64,000 bases of DNA. Origin: the human T2T-CHM13v2.0 reference genome, Homo sapiens. The position numbers and the translations under genes are program-made. The notes under the pieces are model-generated. The model did not search any database. It was given only the letters and a program-made list of their open reading frames with translations, and had not been told where the DNA came from. The stretch is from assembly GCF_009914755.1 (NCBI RefSeq), contig NC_060929.1; one strand, 5' to 3'. How positions within the stretch are numbered: the stretch's first letter is position 1; each line of letters begins with the position of its first letter. This document shows positions 29,505 through 48,280 of this stretch, piece after piece.

Positions 29505-32500
29505 GCTCTGACTCTCTATAGCGTTCATTTTCCTCCCAATTTTCTTATTCCTACACAGCCTGAAAAATATTCCCTGTGGAGAAAGCTATAACAAATGCTT
29601 CAAAAAAGGGGGACTGTGCCAATTTATATGTGAAGTTCACATATAAACTTCAACACTACCAATAGCTACACATTCCTAGATGAGTATACATGTCACAATT
29701 CTGAGAAAGCATCTGGAGAAGACTATGCTATTAGAAGTTCTAACAGGGGTCATTATCATAAACCAGTAGATAGAAGAATCTAATCTCTACTTTCATCTCT
29801 GCTCAGACTCTCTCATGCATCTGGGTGAACACTGCTTGGATTCAAAAACAAAGGGAAAGGATTGAGATTATTTGATGACTTTGGACTTTGTTTATCGATA
29901 CTTGAGATAATCAGATTATTTTTTATTTTTTAATCTCAATTTGTCTTATACCTATATTAATGTTTTTGTCTGTATTCTATGTTTTAAACCATGCATATTT
30001 CATTATGACACAGCCATGGTTTACAAGTTATCAATCACCTAATCTTCAGGAGTAGATAATGACTGTGTAAAAAAATGTTTTTTTCCAGGATTTGAATCAA
30101 GGAATAATTTGGTAAGGTGCCTAAAAGAGAATCAACCTCCAGGAATCATGTTCAAATCTCTAGTTGACCCATCTTGTCCCCATACCAAGTCCAGAGTATC
30201 TGATCCCATGAGAAGAGGCCTAGATTTTAGAAAGACTTGTGTTTCAGCCTGCTCTCTGCTCTTCCAATGGGTATATTACTTGTTTTAATGTACGAGGATA
30301 TTCATTGCAGTGGAATTGATTATGAAGAAAAGTTTAAAAGCAACAGAAATGGCCAACAATTTATACTTAGTTGAATTCAGTAAATTTTGATATTGAACAT
30401 CAATATAATGAAAAATACGCAGTCATTCAAACTGTATTGTAGAGGGATATATGGAGACATGTATTAGGATATAGATTTAGCTACTATTAAGAAGACTCAA
30501 TTTATAATGAAGCAAAGAAAATGGGAGTTTCTTCCTTATTCACAGTTTGGAGATGGTCAGTCCAGGGCTTGCAGTAGCTCTGCTCCATGAAGTCACTCAG
30601 GGCCCCAGTCTTTTTATATTTTGTTCCTCTGTCTTCTATCTTGTTAACAGTCTATTTTGTCATATCAGCCTTCTGTCTCATTATCATTCTATTTTGTTGT
30701 CAGTCTATGTATCTTGTTATCAGTCTTCTTCTATCCTATTATCTTGTAGAGCATGATCCAAGACAGTACACACTTTGTCTTCATTCCCTTTAGCTGAAAG
30801 TAGCAAGAGTGGGCAACGGAGGGCATATCCCTTTCCTTCAGTGCAGTACTCCCATCCCTTCCACTGGCTAGAACTTGGTCACATGGCCACATCTAGATGG
30901 AAAGGAGGCTGGGAAGTAGGGTTTTTAAAAGAATTGTGGACAATCATAAAACATTTTGATGGATTCTGTTACTAAAGAGCAAGTGAGCACAAATAGCAGT
31001 CTCTGATTCAGCACAGAAACATTTTTACAACATACTTAGTAGAAAAAAACAGGAAACAAAACAGGACCAGTTTTACATGTCTGTGTGTACTCATACATAG
31101 AATTCCTTTTCTATATAAACAGTGGTTATCTTTGCGAGTTGGAATTATGGATGATTCCAATTTCTTCTTCTTGCTTTTATTGTGGAAAAAAGTCCCAATT
31201 GTTTTACAAATTAACATTTTTCCCCCAGTAATAAGAAAAACCTCACAATTTGTACATTAAAAAGAAGTAATTTAGGAGAGAAAGCAGTGCCTCTTGTGTG
31301 CTTGTAGCTGTCTGCCTTTCTTCTCAGTTGTTCCTCTGCTGGGCCTCTTTTGTTGGTGGATCTCTTGGTTCTCATGCAAAGTAATAACATTGTCCAGGCT
31401 GAATGGGTGTATTACTTTTTAAAAGAGGAGTAAGAGAGCTCCGTTTGGAAATTTCATTTTCATTGTGGATAATGGAGTGGTGTGTTAGTTGTTGATGTTC
31501 AAATGTCTATTTTGTGTGTTAGTTGACCTGCCTCAGCTTTCCCATGATGACCAATCTCAGGGAAACTAATCGATTTGGAGAGAACACATAAAAGCAGGCA
31601 CAAGATTCATCTGCCCCCTTTCAGCCAGACTGTTTCACCATGCCAATCTACCAGGAGCACTGTGTTTCCATGCTGAAATTCCTTTCCAGTATTTCTTGGA
31701 AAACTTACATCTTTCTGAACACCTCAATTTTGAGAAAAATCAGTCAAGAAATCAGGAAAATGAAAAACAAATAATATAAATCTCCTTTGAGAGTTAAAAC
31801 TTAACGAGTAACACAAAGACACTCCTGGCTTGAAGTTCAAACAAGAACAGGAAAATTTGGCAAGAAAAATCAAAGGTTAAGGTGGACATTTCTAGGAACC
31901 AGACATTAGCCCAAAGACAGTCATAATCTAATTAATGTTTCCTTTGTAGCTATGGACATGTTTATGAGTGTGTGTCCTTGGCCTTCTCTGCTGCTAATAG
32001 TGAGTCATTCTTTCAAGTAAAATGAATATTAATAAGCTTATAAATATAGTATGCTTTATACAAATCTTATGAGTGGTGCTTCAAGAAATAGTAAGTTTTG
32101 CAAATAAATTACATCCTAAAATGGGCAATTTTGACATGCGATTCTGTGAAGTATCATTTATCTCCCTGGGAGATCTGAATACTACATTATCGCAGTACCA
32201 TCCAAAAATGTGCCAGCATTTTCCAGTGTTTAAATCTGTAGGCTACAATTCTTCATAAAGTCTCTAAACCTTCCTTTTACTTCTTATTTATTGAAACAAC
32301 TTTTTCTGCTATCCATAATAATAATTAAGAAATATGAGAAATGTTCAAAGTTTTTTTTTTAAAAGGTATGATTTTGGAAATTCCTGAAAATCCCCAGGAT
32401 TCCAATTTCCAGTTTCCAAATTCTAAAGACCCTCAGAAGTTTGGAAACACTGCTGTCAACTACAACTCCTAAATTTCTTAGTTTGGTGCCCTTATGTCTG

Positions 32501-34852
32501 CCTCCAACCTGGGCTGTCATCTGCCTTGGACTGGATTGCTGAACCAGCCTCCTGACAGGATCCTCGCAGTCCACTCTCTATACCAGAGCCAGACAGACCT
32601 TATGGAAACACAAATCTATTGGTTTCATCCCTTCACATGAGACATTTTAATGGCTGCCAATATGACAACAAGGTGCTCAACTTCATTAATAACCTGGGAA
32701 ATTAAAATTAAAATCACAATTAAGGATCAGGGCATACCGATCATATTGGCAAAAATGTAAAGTCCCAGATTCATGAGGGTAGGGACAATATCCATTTTTG
32801 CTCACCATTTTATTTGTAAGCTTAGCACAATGCCAGACAACTAGTAGATGCTTAATGTCCATTTGTAGATGAATGAATGGGCAAATGAATGAGATTGATA
32901 CATGCAAGGGCTCCCATTTTATATTACACAGTGTCACCCCACACATGGAAAAATTGAGTCCCCTAGGCATTGTTCAACCTTATTTTTCTTCTCTTAGGCT
33001 GAGATCCAAAGATCCCTTGATTTGTCAAATGCCTTCTCCCATCACAGTGGTGAAATAGATTCTTATGAGCCCAAATTTTCCCATCTTAAACAAAGAGAGA
33101 CTGTACAACAGGCTTGGTGTTTCCTTTGTTCCGAGAAATTATCAAACGATATTAAATTCTATAAAAATCTATCAAACATAGCCACCGTTATCAACACTAT
33201 TTCTTCCTGTTTTATGGGATTGCAGTGAGAAAACAAATGAGATAATATACATAAAAGTGCTCCATAAAGCACAAAACGTCATGCAACATTAGAATCCAAC
33301 ATTAGTAAATCGGCATGCCTCCACTTTACAAGCAAACCCCATCTACATACATTTATATCACAGAGCCTGGGCACAGCCTTAAGCCAACCTGGAGAGATCC
33401 TCTCTTTATCTGGGAGCACTTTCTTTTCTGATTCTCTTGCCCTGCTTTGGGTGTATTATAATTCAGTACCTGACTTCCACAATCAAGATTTTCCTTCTAT
33501 CTGGAGAAAAATGCATTTTAGAATCAAACACACCTGGTTTTGAATTTTGACTTTGTGGCTTATAGCTTCTTTGAACACTTAACTAGTCCCTTTCATTTCT
33601 GAGACTCATTTTATGCACCTGTTAAATGGGAATAATCATCTCTCCCTAATGAGGGTGTTTTGGGAGATCAAATAAAGCCATATGCTCAAAGTAGCTTCCT
33701 CATTATCCGATTCATAATGAATATGAGCTCTATCAATTCCCTTCTATTTCCCTGAGTAATCTCAACGAATTGAAAAGCTTATTTTCACTAATAGGAGAGA
33801 GCAAAAAGCAGTTTCTCTTTAGTAAGACAAAAAAGTGGGAATATCAGGCTGGGTAAGATAGTATTTAGCCCCTTAACAAAGCAAAGGGTTAGGACTTGGT
33901 CACATAGAAGCCTAACAGCTGCTCTCAATGACCACCAAATTTTCTGGGGTGTTGGAAGAATTCGAATACACAAGAAAAGAAGCTGACCTACTAAGCAAAG
34001 ACCCTTGTCTGACAATATGTTCTAGGAGTATGATGATTTCCCAGGTCTCAAAATCATAGTCAACCAGAATTGTACTATCCTAGGTTTGACTGTACCATTT
34101 TAACACATTCTGGGAACAACACCAACAACAATCTGGATACCAATTGAGGGCCCCAAATTACTTATTCCTTAAACCTAAACTTTCATTCTAAGGAATTATC
34201 ATCTTAGACCAAGACTTGCAATAGGAATGGCCTTGTCATAGGTTTGCTGTGAGACTTTATGCGAGACCACCCCTCTCTGGGCTCCATATAAACCGATCTA
34301 CAAACTGAGTAGTCTGGGCTTGGAAAGTCTCAGGGCCCTCCCCAAAGTTGCATCCTGTTGATTAATGATACAAGCCTTTGACTGGCAATTCATGCCTCAG
34401 GATCAGGGACTGTTTCCCTTGTTTTGAAATCAAAATCGTGTCAGTTGTATTTGAAGTCTGTTCCTGCACTCCCTGTTCTTTCAACAGAGAGAAAAAGAAC
34501 TACTCATTGTTCCAAACTCTCAGGACTTCCTCTGTTTTCTGATTTCTTGTTTCATACTTGCACTGAGGTCCCCAGCCTCAGCTCTGTAACCACCAGGGTG
34601 ATGGCTGACAGCACAATGCAGCACATCAGGTCATCCTGATATCAGCAAAGGATGTTTTTATTCTGTGCCCTCTCCCCATCACCTCGACACAAACAAATAT
34701 CTGGTGCACAATATGAAAGTTTGCTTATTTCCAATCTGACTCGGTTGGTACATTAGTTGAATCAGAAGGGGTTTTGATCAAATACAAAAAGTTCCTAGCT
34801 ATAACAATCTCACGACAAGAATTTTGCAGGATAGTCACAATTTCAAATATTA

Positions 34853-35142
34853 CAGGCCTCCTTTCGTATCCATGAGGTATTGGTTCTTAGAACCTTCATG
34901 AGCAAATACCAAAATCTGGGGATGCTACATATAACCCATGCACATTCTCTCATATCTTTTAAATCAGTCCTAGATTACTTATGATACCTAATACAATGTA
35001 AATGATAGAAATAGTTGTTATACTGTATTGTTTTTATTTATATTACTTTTATTGTTTTTTTATTGTTTTTTTCCCCAAATATTTTAGATCCTTCACTGGT
35101 AGAATCTGCAGATGCAGAACCATGGACATAGAGGACTGACTG
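34853..35142. mobile_element. MER2-like (Tigger family) DNA transposon MITE
   Basis: TA-CAGG...GTATCCATGAGGTATTGGTTC...TAGATTACTTATGATACCTAATACAATGTAAAT...GCAGAACCATGGACATAGAGGACTGACTG-TA. Confidence 0.8.
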
Positions 35143-36458
35143 TACATTGTATTTTCAGATCAAGAGTTCTAAATTTTAACTATGAAAACACTCACTGCAA
35201 TGAGGATTAAGAGCAGTAAGATGGTTGCAAAATTGACCTATGTCAGAGATGTAAGTGATGAAGAAAATCCATGCCTGGTATTCACAGCAGAATCAACCTG
35301 AACAGCAAGAAAGCATGCAACTTAGCAAAAGCCTTTTCACCATGATAAGCCCCAAAGCGTGCATTGTTTCATGTGTGTGGTTTTACTGCCGTCTAGTGTC
35401 TCAGAGTGTTAAGGATGTGTTGAACCTGGAAATGCCTTCTTACCACTAATTATAGAGTCACAGTTTCCAAAATATTATCACTTAATGAAAAAAAGAGATA
35501 ATCTAGTGAACATCAACAACTTTTGTATAGGTGTCTAATTGAAGATGAGAGAGTAAAAGACTTGCTCAGTCAGCCAAAATTAGAAACAGTACAGTAATGA
35601 TTAATCACCTCATTCATTTCATTGCAAAATATTGGAGAAAACAATTTACATTATTTGTTCCCTAAGTTAGATCCTTTTCTCTGAGGTCCCTCAGGGCAGA
35701 AAATTGCACCTCTGACTTCAGAGCCAGGGTTCTTAATTCAAACTTTGTGCCTAAGCTCCTTTATATCCTCCAGGAGAGAGGAAAAACAAGGTCCCTCTTG
35801 CTTACAACCGTATTCCAAGTGCTTTGGATAGAGTTTGACACATGTTAGGTGTTAAGTCACTACTTATTGAATAAACCAATCAATGAATAAATAGCAGGGT
35901 AATTTGTTGAAATACTAATCATGGGTTTTTTGTTATTGTATATTTATCTCATTGCTATAGGTATGTACACAAGCTGTTGAAAGAGCAGAATTTAGTAGGA
36001 TGTAGTCACAAAGCAATTCTGTCCCAATTACTGCCCTTTCATACCTGCTTAGTGGGCTAGTTGCTTTTATCCCTCTCCCACACAAGTTTCTCAGAAATTT
36101 TGTGGGCATGCGACCATGCCCACAGCAAGAAGCATGTTTTGCAGGGCCCAGGGCACACACTCACATGTGTTCATGAAACAAAAGTTTCTGGAAATAGTGA
36201 TCTTTACTATGTACCACATGCCCTGATATTTCCAATTCCATTCATTCTCTGTGTTTTTTAAAGCTGGTCATGACATACGAAATGGGTTTTATGACTCACT
36301 AAGAAACTATGAACTTCAGTTTGTAAAACCATATACTGAACTGATTTCTGCAGTCCCTCTGAATCTTTTCCTCTTGCCCCTCTGAGATTTCACACATGCC
36401 ACTCTTTCTGGTAGGATTCACTTTCTCTTCTCCACTCCTCCTTTGGCTACTTCAATTG

Positions 36459-36898
36459 TGTATTAGGGTTCTCTCGAGGGACAGAACTAATAGGATATAC
36501 ATATATATATGAAGTTTATCAAGTAGTATTCACTCACATGATCAGATGGTCCCACAATAGGCTGTCTGCATGCTGAGGAGCAAGGAAGCCAGTCCGAGTC
36601 CCAAAGCTAAGAACTTGGAGTCCAGTGTTCAAGGGGAGGAAGCATCCAGTATGGGAGAAAGATGTAGGCTGGAAGGCTAAGCCAGTCTAGCCTTTTCATG
36701 GTTTTCTGCCTGCTTAATATCCTGGCTGCGCTGGCAGCTGATTAGAAGGTGCCCACCCAGATTCAGGGTGGGTCTGTCTTTTCCAGCCCTCTGACTCAAA
36801 TGTTAATCTTCTTTGGCAACACCCTCACAGACACACCTAGGATCAATATTTTGCATCTTTCAATCCAACCAAGTTGACATTCAGTATTATCCATCACA
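36459..36898 (-). mobile_element. ERVL solo LTR (MLT2A-like)
   Basis: Starts TGTATTAGGGTTCTCT.GAGGGACAGAACTAATAGGA; ends AAGTTGACATTCAGTATTATCCATCACA; near-TSD AATTG/AGTTG. Confidence 0.9.
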
Positions 36899-36919
36899 AG
36901 TTGTTTCCTACCTTTCCTG

Positions 36920-37078
36920 CACATTAGAATCACACAGGATGCCTTAAAAATATACTAGTGCCTGGTCTCCTTCCAACCCATCCCTCAACCCCTACTCTGT
37001 GATTCTGATTTAATTGGTCAGGGTGGAGCCCTGACTCCCAGGTGGTTCCTCATGGGCAGCCAGAATTGAGAAGCACTT
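36920..37078. mobile_element. MER5A-like fragment
   Basis: GCACATTAGAATCAC...GATTCTGATTTAATTGGTC...CAGAATTGAGAAGCACT. Confidence 0.6.
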
Positions 37079-37663
37079 GGCCTCACTCCTACTCAATCTT
37101 CAAAGTTTATCTGCAACATCCCCTCCAGGAAACTTCCTCTCCCACCCCCGACACACACACACACACACGTGCATGCACACATGCACACACACACACAAAC
37201 ACAAACACACGAGTCCACAAGCTCCTAGCTCTCTCTGGTCCAGTCTCTATAACATTCACCACGTTTTATTATATTTGCTCTTCTATCTGTCTTTCCTCTA
37301 GGTGGTGAATGGCTTGAAGGCAGGGATGTATCACATCTTATGCCTGTAAACTTAACCTACTTAGCACACAAAATGTGCTCAGTAAATATCTGTTGCATGA
37401 CCTCTGAGGCAGTTCCTATCATTATCCTATTTTACAAGTGTGAGTTCTTTTTTTTTTATTATACTTTAAGTTTTAGGGTACATGTGCACATTGTGCAGGT
37501 TAGTTACATATGTATACATGTGCCATGCTGGTGCGCTGCACCCACTAACTCGTCATCTAGCATTAGGTATATCTCCCAATGCTATCCCTACCCCCCTCCC
37601 CCCACCCCACCACAGTCCCCAGAGTGTGATATTCCCCTTCCTGTGTCCATGTGATCTCATTGT

Positions 37664-41516
<3,853 letters not shown>

Positions 41517-41552
41517 TTAGTTGATGCAGTTTCTTCCTAGTCTCAATGATCT

Positions 41553-42565
41553 TTACATTTTGGCATGATTTTGCAGCGGCTGGTACCGGTTGTTCCTTTC
41601 CATGTTTAGCGCTTCCTTCAGCTCTTTTAGGGCAGGCCTGGTGGTGACAAAATCTCTCAGCATTTGCTTGTCTGTGAAGTATTTTATTTCTCCTTCACTT
41701 ATGAAGCTTAGTTTGGCTGTATATGAAATTCTGGGTTGAAAATTCTTTTCTTTAAGAATGTTGAATATTGGCCCCCACTCTCTTCTGGCTTGTAGGGTTT
41801 CTGCCGAGAGATCCGCTGTTAGTCTGATGGGCTTCCCTTTGTGGGTAACCCGACCTTTCTCTCTGGCTGCCTTTAACATCTTTTCCTTCATTTCAACTTT
41901 GGTGAATCTGACAATTATGTGTCTTGGAGTTGCTCTTCTCGAGGAGTATCTTTGTGGCATTCTCTGTATTTCCTGAATCTGAACGTTGGCCTGCCTTGCT
42001 AGATTGGGGAAGTTCTCCTGGATAATATCCTGCAGAGTGTTTTCCAACTTGGTTCCATTCTCCCCATCACTTTCAGGTACACCAATCAGACGTAGATTTG
42101 GTCTTTTCACATAGTCCCATATTTCTTGGAGGCTTTGCTCATTTCTTTTTATTCTTTTTTCTCTAAACTTCCCTTCTCGCTTCATTTCATTCATTTCATC
42201 TTCCATTGCTGATACCCTTTCTTCCAGTTGATCGCATCGGCTCCTGAGGCTTCTGCATTCTTCACGTAGTTCTCGAGCTTAGTTTTCAGCTCCATCAGCT
42301 CCTTTAAGCACTTCTCTGTATTGGTTATTCTAGTTATACATTCTTCTAAATTTTTTTCAAAGTTTTCAACTTCTTTGCCTTTGGTTTGAATGTCCTCCCG
42401 TAGCTCAGAGTAATTTGATCGTCTGAAGCCTTCTTCTCTCAGCTCGTCAAAGTCATTCTCCATCCAGCTTTGTTCCGTTGCTGGTGAGGAACTGCGTTCC
42501 TTTGGAGGAGGAGAGGCGCTCTGCGTTTTAGAGTTTCCAGTTTTTCTGTTCTGTTTTTCCCCCAT
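41553..42565 (-). pseudogene. L1 ORF1p, frameshifted near 42280
   Basis: MGEKQNRKTGNSKTQSASPPPK...ELKTK, then a frame change; downstream fragment ...RPNLRLIGVPE...ARREW...NHAKM*. Confidence 0.97.
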
Positions 42566-43472
42566 CTTTGTGGTTTTATCTACTTTTGGTCTTTGATGAT
42601 GGTGATGTACAGATGGGTTTTTGGTGTGGATGTCCTTTCTGTTTGTTAGTTTTCCTTCTAACAGACAGGACCCTCAGCTGCAGGTCTGTTGGAATACCCT
42701 GCCGTGTGAGGTGTCAGTGTGCCCCTGCTGGGGGGTACCTCCCAGTTAGGCTGCTCAGGGGTCAGGGGTCAGGGACCCACTTGAGGAGGCAGTCTGCCGG
42801 TTCTCAGATCTCCAGCTGCGTGCTGGGAGAACCACTGCTCTCTTCAAAGCTGTCAGACAGGGACATTTAAGTCTGCAGAGGTTACTGCTGTCTTTTTGTT
42901 TGTCTGTGCCCTGCCCCCAGAGGTGGAGCCTACAGAGGCAGGCAGGCCTCCTTGAGCTGTGGTGGGCTCCACCCACTTAGAGCTTCCCGGCTGCTTTGTT
43001 TACCTAAGCAAGCCTGGGCAATGGCAGGCGCCCCTCCCCCAGCCTCACTGCCACCTTGCAGTTTGATCTCAGACTGCTGTGCTAGCAATCAGTGAGATTC
43101 CGTGGGCGTAGGACCCTCCGAGCCAGGTGTGGGATATAATCTCATGGTGAGCCGTTTTTTAAGCCGGTCTGAAAAGCGCAATATTTGGGTGGGAGTGACC
43201 CGATTTTCCAGGTGCGACCGTCACCCTTTTCTTTGACTCGGAAAGGGAACTCCCTGACCCCTTGTGCTTCCCAAGTGAGGCAATGCCTCGCCCTGCTTCG
43301 GCTCGCGCACGGTGTGTGCACCCACTGTCCTGCGCCCACTGTCTGGCACTCCCTAGTGAGATGAACCCGGTACCTCAGATGGAAATGCAGAAATCACCCG
43401 TCTTCTGCGTCACTCACGCTGGGAGCTGTAGACTGGAGCTGTTCCTATTCGGCCATCTTGGCTCCTCCCCCC
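42566..43472 (-). promoter_or_regulatory. L1 5' UTR internal Pol II promoter (sense) and antisense promoter (firing on the + strand)
   Basis: Intact YY1 site CAAGATGGCCG (43450-43460); residual CpG-rich block; ORF0 ATG at 43021. Confidence 0.85.
43021..43236 (+). pseudogene. L1 ORF0 (antisense), truncated at codon 25
   Basis: Translates MAGAPPPASLPPCSLISDCCASNQ then TGA at 43093-43095, where the consensus has CGA (Arg). Confidence 0.85.
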
Positions 43473-44059
43473 TACAAGTGTGAGTTCTAATCCCATTGTA
43501 CACTTCCAGCTATATGACACTGGCTAGTTTATTTAACCTTCCAGATATGTTTTCTTTTTAATAGCCAAAAGTTACAAAAAGTACTTGAAAATTAATCTGT
43601 CTGAAGGTATCAGAGAGTTATAGAGGTAATGAAAACTTGAGAAACCTAAGATTTCCAGGAGACCAGAAGCCCAGAGATGTAATCACAACATTTGCCAAGG
43701 CACCCTCCCTGAAACATTTGGAGACTGGAAAGTAGTGGCAAAGATGAAGAGATGAGCAGAGAGCCAGAGATGAGAAGCTGAGAACCTGAGCAGAGATCTT
43801 CATCAGTGTCATGAGATGGGGGGAAAATGTTATTTCAGAGCCTGGCAAGGAGGAGCGACCCTGACAAATACTCCAGAGTTTCAACTGAGATCCCTACCCT
43901 CAAGGCCTTACACTAGATTAGTCTAGCTTTTGCCAAGAATGAAGCTCAATCCATAATTGCCCTAGGGTGATGTGCATCTAGGCTATCGGCCTGTCAGAAG
44001 TAATAGTAAATCCTCTCTGGAGAAGAACATCATACAGATCTTCGCGTGATATCCAAAGT

Positions 44060-46400
<2,341 letters not shown>

Positions 46401-46772
46401 TTTTATTGAAACAATGAGGATGGAGACGATTGGGCATACACTCATGCAATCAGTTTCTGAAGGACATAGTGCTAATCTGCATTAAAACTCATCAACATTT
46501 TCATATCGTTTGGCCCAGGAATTCTACTTCCAGCAACTTATCCTAACAAAATACTTAAGAATGTGTAAAAAAGTAGAAAGATTTAGCTACAAAAAAAGTG
46601 TTCAAGATAGCATTGTATACAATAGTGAAAACCTGGAAATTGCCTTACTGTCAAACAAAAAACGGTTTGCTAAACTGTGAAATATTAGAAAACAGTATTA
46701 TAAAATTAAAAAGTAAATATATAGACTTGGAAAGCTATAAACAATTTATTAGGTCAAAAAGTTCAAGTTATT

Positions 46773-47060
<288 letters not shown>

Positions 47061-47984
47061 TTTTTTTAAGTTATCAACAGCATTTCTTTTCAGATTCTAA
47101 TTATATTAAATAAATTGTTGGATTATATTCAGCAAAATTCTTTTTTTTCTGAGTGGAAAAAATAAGTGATTTTAATTTTTAAGTTTATTATTATCTTAAT
47201 TTATAACTTTTCTCTAGTAACAACACACTATCTAAGCATATTTGCTGACTCCTAGGCTGGTGGTCTTTTAAGAGCAGGGGCCTGAGGGTCCTTGTAAGTG
47301 GCACAGATATGGGGAAAGGGGAGCAGGGATAGGGTGCTACTGTATAGTATCTCCTCTGTTATTTCACATTTAGGTGGCTTGGACAATCTGGTAAGTTATG
47401 TAATTCTTCTTCTCTGGCCACTCTAATCTTGTGATTCAAGAGATCTATTGCATCTGGGGACAGGTTGCTGGTATATAGGTATGCAAAGACAGCTTTTCCA
47501 AGAAAAATGATTTTCTGGAACAGATTCCCATGAAAAGCAGCAATGAGTGGGAGTATTTGGGGTATCTCAGAGGTGACCAGGTGTAAATCCAATGATGCTT
47601 CTGTGGCTCATGTCAAAGTAGCCACTGACTATTTTTAATCACATGAATTCTGAATTTGTAGGTTCACTAATGTGCAAAATATGATAACTACAGCTCTGTC
47701 AGAGCTTCTATTTGTTTTTCATTTTCAGAAATATATACCTACCAAATGGAGTAATAGTGTGAAGCGGATTGTGTTTGTACAGGCAGGATGGGAACTTGGA
47801 AGATAGGACTCTGTTATGAAGTAATTTGGGAGCCCTTCCTCTGCTGTGGACAATTCTCTCACTAAACATATGCTTATCTGTTCGTTTAATAAAGCTTTAC
47901 GCTGTTGATATCTAGTCATCAACTTAAATTTTGGAATTTGGACATAATAAAGCTGAATATCTTTTAAGAAATAACTTCTTTGGA

Positions 47985-48280
47985 GTTGGGGATATGTTGA
48001 TTCGAGGACACAAAATTTCTGTTAGATAGGAGGAATAAGTTCAAGAGATATATTGTACAACATGGTGACTAGTTAATAACAACATACTGCATTCTTGAAA
48101 ATTGCTAAGAGAGTAGGTTTTAAGTGTTCTCGTCACAAAAGAATGATAAGTATGTGAGGTAACGCATATGTAAATTAGCTTGATTTAATCTTCCCACAAT
48201 GTATGCATATTTCAAAACATCACTTTGTACATAATATATACAATTTTTTGTGAATTAAAAGTGAAGGAAAAAAGAAAAAA
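47985..48280 (+). mobile_element. Short L1MA 3' UTR end
   Basis: GTTAGATAGGAGGAATAAGTTCAAGAGAT...ATTGTACAACATGGTGACT...TTGAAAATTGCTAAGAGAGTAG plus A-rich tail. Confidence 0.85.

Noticed and set aside
29352-29591. ORF with an (FLR)n peptide repeat
   Set aside because: Simply the translation of the 9-bp tandem repeat.
47590-47656. C/D-box snoRNA-like layout (ATGATGC...CTGA...CTGA)
   Set aside because: C box mismatched (needs RTGATGA), weak terminal stem and no recognisable guide sequence.
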